In this document: one piece after another, positions 52,868 to 62,062 of the stretch
Position numbering within the stretch: the first letter of the stretch is position 1
How the letters are laid out: each line of letters starts with the position of its first letter
NCBI GenBank assembly: GCA_963752595.1
Contig: CAVVYZ010000001.1
Location: forward strand, 192,001-256,000
Length of the DNA stretch: 64,000 bases
Direction of reading: 5' to 3'
From: an uncultured delta proteobacterium
GTDB lineage: Bacteria > Desulfobacterota > Desulfomonilia > UBA1062
Translations under genes and position numbers: made by a program
Notes under the pieces: model-generated
What the model was told of the DNA's origin: nothing
Database searches by the model: none
What the model saw: the letters and a program-made list of their open reading frames with translations, nothing else

Positions 52868-54497
52868 TTATCTTCCTTCCCTGATGGCTGCGATATCGCC
52901 TGCAACGTCACCAATGGGCTTGATGTCGAAGGTATCGACGAGCACCTTTGCGACGTTCGGCGAGAGGAAGCCGGGGAGCGTTGGTCCGAGGCGGATGTGC
53001 TTGACGCCCAGAGACAGCAGGGCCAGCAGCACGGCCACGGCCTTCTGCTCGTACCACCCGATGTTAAAGGAGATGGGCAGGTCGTTGATGTCTTCGAGGC
53101 CGAAGACCTCCTTGAGCTTCAGGGCGATGACCGCAAGCGAATAGGAGTCGTTGCACTGGCCTGCATCGAGCACCCGGGGGATGCCGCCGATGTCGCCCGG
53201 ATTGAGCTTGTTGTAGCGGTACTTGGCGCAGCCCGGCGGTAAGGATGACCGTATCTTCCGGCAGGTCTTCCGCCACTTCGGTGAAGTAGCTCCGGGCCTT
53301 GAACCTGCCGTCGCAGCCGGCCATGACCACGAAGCGCTTGATGGCGCCGCTCTTGACCGCCTCCACGACCTTGTCCGCCAGCTTCATGACCTGGTCATGG
53401 GCAAAGCCGCCGACGATCTCGCCCCGTTCGATCTCCACAGGGGGGCGGACTGCTTCGCCAGCGCGATGATCTCCGAGAAGTCCTTTGGTCTTGCCGTCCG
53501 CAGGCTCCGGGATGTGCTTTACGCCGGGGTATCCCACCTGGCCGGTGGTGAAGATGCGGTCCTTGTAGGAATCCTTCGGCGGGATGATGCAGTTTGTCGT
53601 CATGAGGATCGGTCCGCCGAACTGCTCGAACTCTTCGTTCTGCTTCCACCAGGCGTTGCCGTAGTTGCCGACAGATGATCGTATTTCTTGAAGGCCGGGT
53701 AATAATTGGCCGGCAGCATTTCGCTGTGGGTGTAGACATCGACGCCTGTACCGTCGGTCTGCTTCAGGAGCTCTTCCAAGTCTTTCAGATCGTGGCCGGA
53801 AATAAGAATGCCCGGGTTCCCGCGCACGCCGATGTTCACCTTCGTGATTTCGGGTTTGCCGTAGGTTTCGGTATTGGCCTTGTCGAGCAGGGCCATGGTC
53901 TGTCACTGCCGTCCGGCCGCACTCCATGACCAGGCCGACGAGTTCGTCTGAGCCTAAGTCCTTTGTCGTAGCTTCGAGTCCTTTGAACAGGAACTCATAG
54001 ATCGCCGGGTCCTCATAACCGAGGATGGATGCGTGGTCTGCATAGGCGGACACGCCCTTGAGGCCGAAGATGAGCAGCGAACGTAAAGAGCGGACGTCCT
54101 CATTCTCCGTGGAAAGGATGCCCACCGAGAGAGCTTTCTGCCTGAACTCGTTCTCGTCATCCGAGAACCACACGGAAGCATCGGGCGCGGTAATGTTCAA
54201 GCCCGCCGATTTCTTCAGCCCCTCTTTAAGCTTCAGAGATTCCCGGATCAGGTCAATGATCCTCTCGCTGTTGAAATTCACATTCGTAATGGTTGCGAAC
54301 ATGGCCCGGATCGTGAACCGGCCGAGCTCTTTAATATCAGCCTTTCCTTTTGCCCGGTTTACGCAGACAGCCAATCCTTTGAGCGTAAACAGGAGCAGAT
54401 CCTGAAGATTGGCGGTATCCTCTGTTTTTCCACAAACCCCCTTTACGGTGCAGCAGGAATTTTTGGCTGTTTCCTGGCATTGGTGACAGAACATCAT
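52868..54497 (-). CDS. hcp: Hybrid cluster protein (hydroxylamine/NO reductase), with several 1-nt frameshifts
   Basis: [54 protein letters not shown] spread over three frames. Confidence 0.92.
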
Positions 54498-54553
54498 GAC
54501 TTCCTCCTTTTGATTTGATATGAGGGAAATAGCATCTCCATTGAGATGAATAA

Positions 54554-54567
54554 TTGACTTAGGTCAA
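54554..54567. promoter_or_regulatory. Crp/Fnr-type (HcpR) binding site
   Basis: TTGAC-TTAG-GTCAA between divergent hcp and the Crp/Fnr gene. Confidence 0.75.
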
Positions 54568-54613
54568 ATGTCAAAAAATTATAAAATTATTGTAATCCAA
54601 AAGGGATGGCACG

Positions 54614-55288
54614 ATGAAGCTTGCGGAAATCATAAAGAATGCCTTTCCGTCATTGAGCGCGCAATCGGTGGACATGATCGCCCGGTACTGCCGCCTCGTG
54701 CAATACCCGAAGAACGAGATCCTCTTTCTCGAAGGAGACAAGGGGAATAACTTCTACTACCTGGCAGAGGGCACAATAAAGATCTTTAAAACATCGCCCT
54801 CGGGACAGGAAACGGTCTTGCGGCTCCAGGGGCCGGGCTCCATTTTCGCCGAGGTGATCCTGTTCGAGAAGGACGAGTACCCGGTCAGCGCGGCAGCCAT
54901 GGCGCAGTCCCTGGTGGTTCACATCCCGCGGGAGCACTTCCTGAAGCTCCTCGACGAGAGCCGCTTCCGCAACGAATTCATTGCCACCCTCATGCACAAG
55001 CAGCGCTACCTCACGGACCGTATCATGTACCTCACGAGCTTAGACGTGGAGGAGCGCTTCTTCCGGTTTCTCATCGAGCATTACGGCATCAGATGCGACT
55101 ACACCTTAGACCTTTCGAAAAAGGATATTGCCTCGGCCATCGGCACCATCCCCGAAACCCTGTCCCGCCTGTTCGACCGGCTCAGGAGCAGGGGAGTCAT
55201 TTCCTGGGAATCAGGGGTGCTCAAGCTCAGGAAGGACTATCTGGAGCAGTTTACGGCAGACAGCCTGCCGGATATCCCGGACGACTGA
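54614..55288 (+). CDS. hcpR: Crp/Fnr family regulator, probable HcpR
   Basis: LF.EGD, G.IK, FAEV.LF...YP, IGTIPETLSR; divergent from hcp. Confidence 0.82.
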   Translation: MKLAEIIKNAFPSLSAQSVDMIARYCRLVQYPKNEILFLEGDKGNNFYYLAEGTIKIFKTSPSGQETVLRLQGPGSIFAEVILFEKDEYPVSAAAMAQSLVVHIPREHFLKLLDESRFRNEFIATLMHKQRYLTDRIMYLTSLDVEERFFRFLIEHYGIRCDYTLDLSKKDIASAIGTIPETLSRLFDRLRSRGVISWESGVLKLRKDYLEQFTADSLPDIPDD

Positions 55289-56107
55289 TCACTTCTGAAG
55301 CAGTTCCGGCCGGTACTCGAAGTGCATGGCATCGTAGCTGTGCCAGCGGCCGCCCCAGATGAAGCCGTTTCTCTCGAAGATGTCCACCAGGAACTGCGGA
55401 ACGTTGTTCCGGTAGCAGTACGGCTCGTCCCGGTGAGAGCCGGCGAAGTAGAAAAGATCGCCGTTGATATCCACCGCGATCCCGTAGGCATGCCCCGAGG
55501 TGCGGTTCGGATAGTCGCGCACCGGCCTTTCAAAATACCCGTAAGGCCCTTCGACATCGAAAACAACATCTTCCAGGCTTTTCTTCATTTCATCGGGGAG
55601 GTTCATGATTTCACAGGCTACCCGTTCCAGTGCCTTGTCTACGCCGTTGACCGCAGTTACCCTGATCGTTTTCGGCTTTCCGTTCGCAGAGCCGACCCAC
55701 TGCACGCTTCTCATATTCTTGCTCCGGTGTGTACCGGGCGGCCCGTACATATAATTGAATATTACCGCAGGACGGATGCGCCCCGGATCACCTGCAGGAG
55801 GCCTTTCTTCCGTGGGGATGGGTTCGCCTGCCCCGTAGTCCCAATAAAAGACATCCTCCGGGTCGAATGTCTCATCACCGATCGAGCCGTCCACGATCAA
55901 CCGGTCGAAATTTTTCTGCCTCAGATCATCGAGTAAAAACTTTTCGCCGGTCTTTGCGAGGAGGCACCCATCCTCATACGCAGTGAAGAAGTCAGGGTAA
56001 GCCCTGATATACCGCTCGGCTTCGGAGGCATTGTCGCCGGACGAAAAAGCTTCCGTACAGCCCCACCAAAGCAGTAACACCAGAATCAAGCCGATCTTTC
56101 CGAGCAA
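55289..56107 (-). CDS. Exported M15 family metallopeptidase
   Basis: Signal peptide; R...SGHAYGIAVDIN, GFIWGGRW.SYD.MHFEYRPEL. Confidence 0.88.
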   Translation of the reverse strand: MLGKIGLILVLLLWWGCTEAFSSGDNASEAERYIRAYPDFFTAYEDGCLLAKTGEKFLLDDLRQKNFDRLIVDGSIGDETFDPEDVFYWDYGAGEPIPTEERPPAGDPGRIRPAVIFNYMYGPPGTHRSKNMRSVQWVGSANGKPKTIRVTAVNGVDKALERVACEIMNLPDEMKKSLEDVVFDVEGPYGYFERPVRDYPNRTSGHAYGIAVDINGDLFYFAGSHRDEPYCYRNNVPQFLVDIFERNGFIWGGRWHSYDAMHFEYRPELLQK

Positions 56108-56215
56108 ATCTGTTTCCTTTCTTTCTTAGGATACAGCATCGGCAGGGAATCAAAAAGCCTTCTTTTATTGGATACAATTCCGAAACCATGTCCTTCTCCG
56201 GCATGGAAGGTTTGC

Positions 56216-58915
56216 TCAGCAAGAGGTGGATATAGATTTATACTTTCTAAAGCTTTTTACAAGCCCTTGAAAACTGTCAGGTCTGTATCGTTCAAAATCC
56301 TCTTCATCAACGAATACAAAGTCGAATGTATGCTTCGATTGAGCTTTGTTGATGTCTTCGCACCACCTTTTCAACCGTTCTATTTTTAGCGGCACATCGA
56401 GGTCTTCAACTCCTTTTGTCTCTATAATGAAGATTTCTTTTTCCCCGGTTTTTACAATGAAGTCGGGATAATAATTGGATATATCACCATTGGCATTCAC
56501 ATAGTCGATCCTGAAGTGAATATTATAATAATTCTTAACATATGTGATGATATCAGGACATCTCTCAAGGAAAGATGCAAAGAGAAGCTCCAGGCGGCTG
56601 TCACCTATGATCTTGTTGAACGGGCTTTTCTGTGGAATGAGGAATCCCTGGTCTTTGGCAACAAAGGGGCGCGTCTGTTTTATCTTGATATAGTCTTTGA
56701 TCTCTGCGCTTCCTTTATCAAGCACGGTCAATTCATTGATCTTCTTTTTGAAAGTTTGAATAATAGTTTTTGTAGCCTCGATCTCAGAAAGGTTCCTAAG
56801 TGTGTTCAAATCATCTATATCAATCTGCTTGTTGAATAGACGGATACTGATAAACTCTTTCACCTTGCCGTAGAGGATGTCATACCCACTCACCAGACGA
56901 AGATCCTTCATGATAAGCTGGGTAAAATATCCAATCACACTACGGTAATCGGTAACTGCGCTTGAATCGAGATAGGTTGTGTGGTTAATCTCCCCGGTAG
57001 TAATATCCTTGAAGATAATCTCCCGTTGTTCTTCTATAGAGAATTGCCGGTACTCAATCCGCTGAGTACCAAATTGTGAAGGTTTGAGTTCTTCAAGATT
57101 TTTATATTCTCTGTAAATACGTGGTGTCATAACGGGGATCTCTAAATCTAATTTGTCGAGATCCTTCTTGGTATTCTCTTTATCAATTTCAATGATAATT
57201 GGCGTTTTGGGTGCTGTGCCTTCTCCCATAGGCCTGCGTTCCAGCTCTACGCCCTCACTCTTTATGGACTCAACAAAATCCATGAAGGCATCTGTTCCCA
57301 CTACACTCACATATTCAGTGGTATCAGTGCCGGGATACATGCGCCGGAGTCCCCTGCCAAGTGTCTGTTCAGGAAGGATATTGCTTTGAGCTGCATATGC
57401 TCGAAGACCTACAATGGTCGTCACATTACGTACATCCCATCCTTCTTTTAACATCAAAACAGAAACAATGACCTTGCAAGTGCTTTCCCATGAGTCTATC
57501 CGGTTGGCCTCTTTCCTCAGCTGCTCGAGGTCTTCCTTATCCTTCTTTGTGTCAGCTTCAGAAATCTCGCCGTTATTTTTCGTGTGGATCACCAGTACTG
57601 AGTCTTGGAATTCGGGGTATGAGCTTTTCAGGTATTCTGCAACGTCATCACAATTTTTTGTATCATCGGTCATAATGAATAATACAGCCTTCTTGCCGAG
57701 CTTCTCATGTTCAGCATAGGCTTTCCGCCATTCTTCAATCCCTAATGCGATGTAATCGGAATATCTCTCTGTGTAACGGGAACTCTGCCGCTCTGCGAGC
57801 TTCGCTCGGCTTGCTGAATCCGGCAGTACGGGGTGCTTCACCACATTCTGGTGGATTGCCTCCACCAGGGGGTAATCACAAACAGTCTGTACAAAGATAG
57901 CTCCATTGTTGTGTTTGGGTGTGGCAGTGAAATCCACCTGAAGAGAAAGGAAATGATCTTTCTGTTTCAAGCGATTATGGATATCTTCAATTGATTTAAA
58001 CCACGCCAGCCGGCGATCATGAATATGATGTGCTTCATCATTGATAACTATGAGTTCATCAATCTCGCGAACAATAATGCCAAGATCTATCTTTGAGTCG
58101 TTGGTTTTTCCTGCAGGCCGTTTGCCGAGGAAATAATCTTCAAGATTATCATCATCAAAGCTTGGTTCTATCTCATTGCCTGCATATACACGATGGATGT
58201 TGGTGAGGAAGATATTCCCGGTTTTTCTTATGATGGATACATCATCCTGGATATGTAGAGTAATTTGAAAATTGTCCTGCCAATTACACCCTGCATAACC
58301 GTTATCGGGTAGAAGAGGATCACTAAAGAAGATTTTCAGGCCGTCAAAATCGGTTCTTAGCCGATCAAGAACGATTATATTCGGTGCAATGAGAAGAAAA
58401 TTCGTTGAGAGCTGTGAATCCGGCTCATAGATCTTATGGAAATAGCACCAGGTAATGAGCAGACTCATCACCTTTGTTTTTCCACTGCCGGTTGCCATCT
58501 TGATGACGAATCTTAGCCATTCCTCATCAAACATGCCGGATGATACTGCTCCTGAGGAATCATAGCGGAGCAGGTCGTACTTGTCATTTATTTGTGCAAC
58601 CTCATAAAGATAGATGACCGTCTCGATGGCCTCTTGCTGGGCAAAGTAATATCTGAACTCTAATAAACTCTTATCAGCTTTAGGGAGGATGTGCTCGGTA
58701 TTAAACCACCAGTTCAGAAGTGCTTTGCTGGTGTCGGATGCTCCATCATATCTCCTGTCTCGCCAGTCTTTGACTTCTCTACGAATCTTGTGAACCAAGG
58801 GGGGGAGCAGTTTCTCATAACTCGTTTCCCGTAAGGCTTCATCTGCCGGGAACCAACGATTATCAGGGTCGAGAATAGAATGGGGTGAGGTTGGAAAATC
58901 AGGATGTATAGCCAC
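56216..58915 (-). CDS. res: Type III restriction enzyme Res subunit
   Basis: MATGSGKT, DEAHH, LKEGWD, QTLGRGLR, C-terminal YPDF...IETKG. Confidence 0.9.
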   Translation of the reverse strand: MAIHPDFPTSPHSILDPDNRWFPADEALRETSYEKLLPPLVHKIRREVKDWRDRRYDGASDTSKALLNWWFNTEHILPKADKSLLEFRYYFAQQEAIETVIYLYEVAQINDKYDLLRYDSSGAVSSGMFDEEWLRFVIKMATGSGKTKVMSLLITWCYFHKIYEPDSQLSTNFLLIAPNIIVLDRLRTDFDGLKIFFSDPLLPDNGYAGCNWQDNFQITLHIQDDVSIIRKTGNIFLTNIHRVYAGNEIEPSFDDDNLEDYFLGKRPAGKTNDSKIDLGIIVREIDELIVINDEAHHIHDRRLAWFKSIEDIHNRLKQKDHFLSLQVDFTATPKHNNGAIFVQTVCDYPLVEAIHQNVVKHPVLPDSASRAKLAERQSSRYTERYSDYIALGIEEWRKAYAEHEKLGKKAVLFIMTDDTKNCDDVAEYLKSSYPEFQDSVLVIHTKNNGEISEADTKKDKEDLEQLRKEANRIDSWESTCKVIVSVLMLKEGWDVRNVTTIVGLRAYAAQSNILPEQTLGRGLRRMYPGTDTTEYVSVVGTDAFMDFVESIKSEGVELERRPMGEGTAPKTPIIIEIDKENTKKDLDKLDLEIPVMTPRIYREYKNLEELKPSQFGTQRIEYRQFSIEEQREIIFKDITTGEINHTTYLDSSAVTDYRSVIGYFTQLIMKDLRLVSGYDILYGKVKEFISIRLFNKQIDIDDLNTLRNLSEIEATKTIIQTFKKKINELTVLDKGSAEIKDYIKIKQTRPFVAKDQGFLIPQKSPFNKIIGDSRLELLFASFLERCPDIITYVKNYYNIHFRIDYVNANGDISNYYPDFIVKTGEKEIFIIETKGVEDLDVPLKIERLKRWCEDINKAQSKHTFDFVFVDEEDFERYRPDSFQGLVKSFRKYKSISTSC

Positions 58916-59286
58916 TAAGAGAGATCCTCCAGCATTTTTCCGATCACGATACCAACCTCAGGGATTTTCTCTTTGCAGGTATAAAAGACAGCCTCTGCAT
59001 TCACATCAGCATAATTATGGGTGAGGATGTCTCTCATGCCTTTGGCCTTTTTCCATTCAATTTGCGGATAGCGTGGGAGGAGTTCACCCCCTGTAATTTT
59101 ATCCAGGTTCTTGAGTGATTCACCAATGACGATCAGCATCATGCATATGGCGTCCATCTTTTCTAAACCTTCGGGGCTGTCGGTAAAATCGGATACATTG
59201 CGGATTGATTGAAAACGGTAGGATATTTTCTCTATTGCCGTCTCAATCTGCCTCAATACCTCCAATACAAGCTCCATGTCAGACAT
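58915..59286 (-). CDS. HEPN (DUF86/HepT-like) ribonuclease toxin
   Basis: IGE.LK, P.I.W...GMRDILTHNY (RX4HXY). Confidence 0.9.
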   Translation of the reverse strand: MSDMELVLEVLRQIETAIEKISYRFQSIRNVSDFTDSPEGLEKMDAICMMLIVIGESLKNLDKITGGELLPRYPQIEWKKAKGMRDILTHNYADVNAEAVFYTCKEKIPEVGIVIGKMLEDLS

Positions 59287-59572
59287 ACACAGCCTCTCGG
59301 TCGATTCTCTTTTTCAGGTATTGATTCATGGCATCCCGGTAGGTCACAATATCAACAGGTCTATGGAGCCTTTCTTCAAGATCATTTTTTATACCTGCAA
59401 GCATGAACAGCTCCGGTTTCTCAAGACGGACAACCACATCTACGTCACTGTTTTCAGTTGCCTCATCACGGGCTACGGATCCGAATATCCCTAAGGCGAT
59501 AATTCCATACAGACCGGCACACTGATCTTTGAATTCACGCAGCACGCTTATAATCTCATTTCTGCTCATCAT
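59279..59572 (-). CDS. Minimal nucleotidyltransferase (MntA-like) antitoxin
   Basis: FGSVARDE....SDVD (GSX10DXD), VDIV. Confidence 0.9.
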   Translation of the reverse strand: MMSRNEIISVLREFKDQCAGLYGIIALGIFGSVARDEATENSDVDVVVRLEKPELFMLAGIKNDLEERLHRPVDIVTYRDAMNQYLKKRIDREAVYV

Positions 59573-61711
59573 GTGTCTCCTGTGTGTATGTCGATAATTT
59601 TCATAGTGTCATTGCCGAAGATGTCTACTACCTTGACCGCAATCTTGACTCGTCCGGGCTTGCATTCATGAAATGGGGTCTTCAGCTCCAGGGATCGATC
59701 TTTCTTGGTTCTGAAACTTTGCCACTCATTCTCAAAGATGAAGTCTCCGGTCCATATCTCTTCCATCTCGCCTGTCGCCTCGTTCTTTGCCCGTACTATT
59801 TCTCGTTTTGATTCGAAATTGAAATCAACGCTCCAGTAATCGATCCAATCAGTCCATTTCTTTGTGAGGATTTCCTTTTTTACAATGCCTTCTTTATCCT
59901 TGATGATTTTCATGATCTTGCCTTGTTCCACAATGATTTTACCGGAGCCGTTTTTCAGGCCTTCGGCTACATTGTCAACCGAGTCCTGAGAATAATATAC
60001 CGAAAAATCGGTCAGTTCCACAGCTACTGCACCTTTCTTCACATGCGGCTTTACCTCAATGTATGAAACATCATGGAAGGCTATCTGGTTTTTTTCCACT
60101 GCCCGTTTGTCGAAAACATCTCGCGGGATGTATTTCAGCGCCAGGTCAATGCCTTTGGCTTTTGCTTCTTCCTGAATGTTGGGGAACAACCCCATCTCAA
60201 ATTCGAAAGCAAGGATATCTACGCGGGATATCCGTTTTTCTCTGCATTCGAGGATAACTTCCTCAACGAAAAGTCTGGTAACGGGCAGGTTGATAGGCCC
60301 CACGGCGACTAGCCTGCCTGCCTTCTTGCCATGGAAGCACTTGAAGTTTTCCACCGGCTCGGCCCGATAGGCATGCAGAATAAGGCTGATGAAATCCTTT
60401 TCCTTCTGTTCGAACTGTTTCTGTTTTTCCTCTATCCCTTAGGTTCATATTCACACCGATGAAGTGTGCACGTTCATACTTGCCAAGGTTAAGGATCTCA
60501 AAGGCTCTGAAGTCCTTACCCAGTTCTTTCAGCTGGCGTTGTACACCTATCATGCGTTTACGTGTAGTATGAATAGAGAACTTGCCTAGGTCTGTCCCGA
60601 TCCATTTACGACCGAGATTTTCTGCTATTGATAGAGTTGTCCCTGAACCGCAGAAGAAATCAGCGATGATATCATTTTCGTTAGATGAGGCCTTAATAAT
60701 ACGTTCAAGGAGGATCTCTGGTTTCTGGGTAGGATACCCTAATGCTTCTTTGGCTGAATTATTTATTTTATCCAAATTCCAGACATCATCAACTACAACA
60801 CCCTGATCCATAACTTCATCAAGATATCTTTCTATCCTTTGGCCTCCTTCTGCATCAGATAGAACATATTCTCTTCCATTATTATCAATCTCTGACTTTC
60901 TGTTTTCTTGCTTTTACATATGCTTCTTTTGATTCCCATGGTTGAAAATAAGAATGAAAGATAGGACTTGAGCTTTTCGAGTAAAAAAATATTGTATCGT
61001 GACGACATTCAAAAGAAGATCTTAACTTTTTATTCCAACCGCTATAATGCCAAGATATTGAATTATTAAACATCTCTTTACCGAATACTTCATCCATAGC
61101 CAAGCGAATGTACCCATTAACTCTCCAATCACAATGTAAGTAAATGCTCCCATCCTCTGCAAGGAGATCTCTCATGAGTACAATTCTCTCATAGATCATT
61201 GCAATGAAGCTGTCGGCACCCTTGCCCCATGTATCGCGATAGGCTAGTTCTTCAAGCACATTTGGGCTTCTTGGTGAAAGTCTCATCGCCGATCTCGATG
61301 TCCATTGAAAAATCAGCGCCCACATCAAACGGTGGATCAATATAGATGAGCTTGATCCCTCCGTTTTTATCAATCTCATCTCTCATAGGACCGTTCTTAG
61401 GCTGGAGAGGATAAGTTTGTTGTCACCCCAGATGAGCTTATTCGTCCATCCGGTCTTCTGCCTTCCTCTTTCATCGAACAGAAACGTTTGTGCCATCGTA
61501 TCCTTTGGCTTTTCAGCCCTAGGCTCATCCACCTGCTCTATCACCTGAAACGGCAGAACTATATTACATACCTCATTGGTCTTGCCGTTCCAGACTAATT
61601 CAACCTCGCGCTTGTCGTCAAAAAGGAGAAAACGATATTTATCAGGTAGAGGCTTGTCTGCTTCGATAGAACTTAAAGATTTCACGTTTTTCATTATCAG
61701 CTCAGCTTCAT
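59569..61711 (-). CDS. mod: Type III DNA methyltransferase Mod subunit, with several frameshifts
   Basis: Reconstructed start MKLSDNEKREI; NKLIWGDN, IYIDPPF, YPTQKPE, DFFCGSGTT, KVVDIFGND. Confidence 0.85.
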
Positions 61712-62062
61712 TCCTGCCTCTGTGGAGTAGTCTTTCTGTTATTTCCGATTCTAGAAAGCCCAAGATGTCCGGATCGTACTGACGATATAACGAGCATACC
61801 AAATAAAAAGGCTTCCTCTCATAACATTTCGCATTTCTGCCACGCTTCAAATTCGGCGTTTATGATGTACTATATACCTCAAATTGCTTAGGAAGTATAG
61901 GATGCCTTAATCAGGTCAATGCAACTAAGGCAAAATGGTGAGTAAAAATATCAGCCGGATACCCATGGCTCAACTTCTTCTCCGGACCTGTTCATTTTAA
62001 ATTAAGGATCACCTGCATCTGTGGGCATTGACAGCTTCCCGTCGGAAAGATAGAGGAAAGGC

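Noticed and set aside
53064-54497. Programmed frameshifting or phase variation in hcp or mod
   Set aside because: Shifts are multiple and scattered, with no long simple-sequence repeats or clear slippery sites
54607-54623. TGGCACGATGAAGC as a sigma54 promoter
   Set aside because: GG-to-GC spacing is not 10 nt and it overlaps the regulator start codon
61712-61850. N-terminal extension of Mod given by the ORF track
   Set aside because: A better start is ATG 61711 (MKLSDNEKREI) once two extra bases are removed
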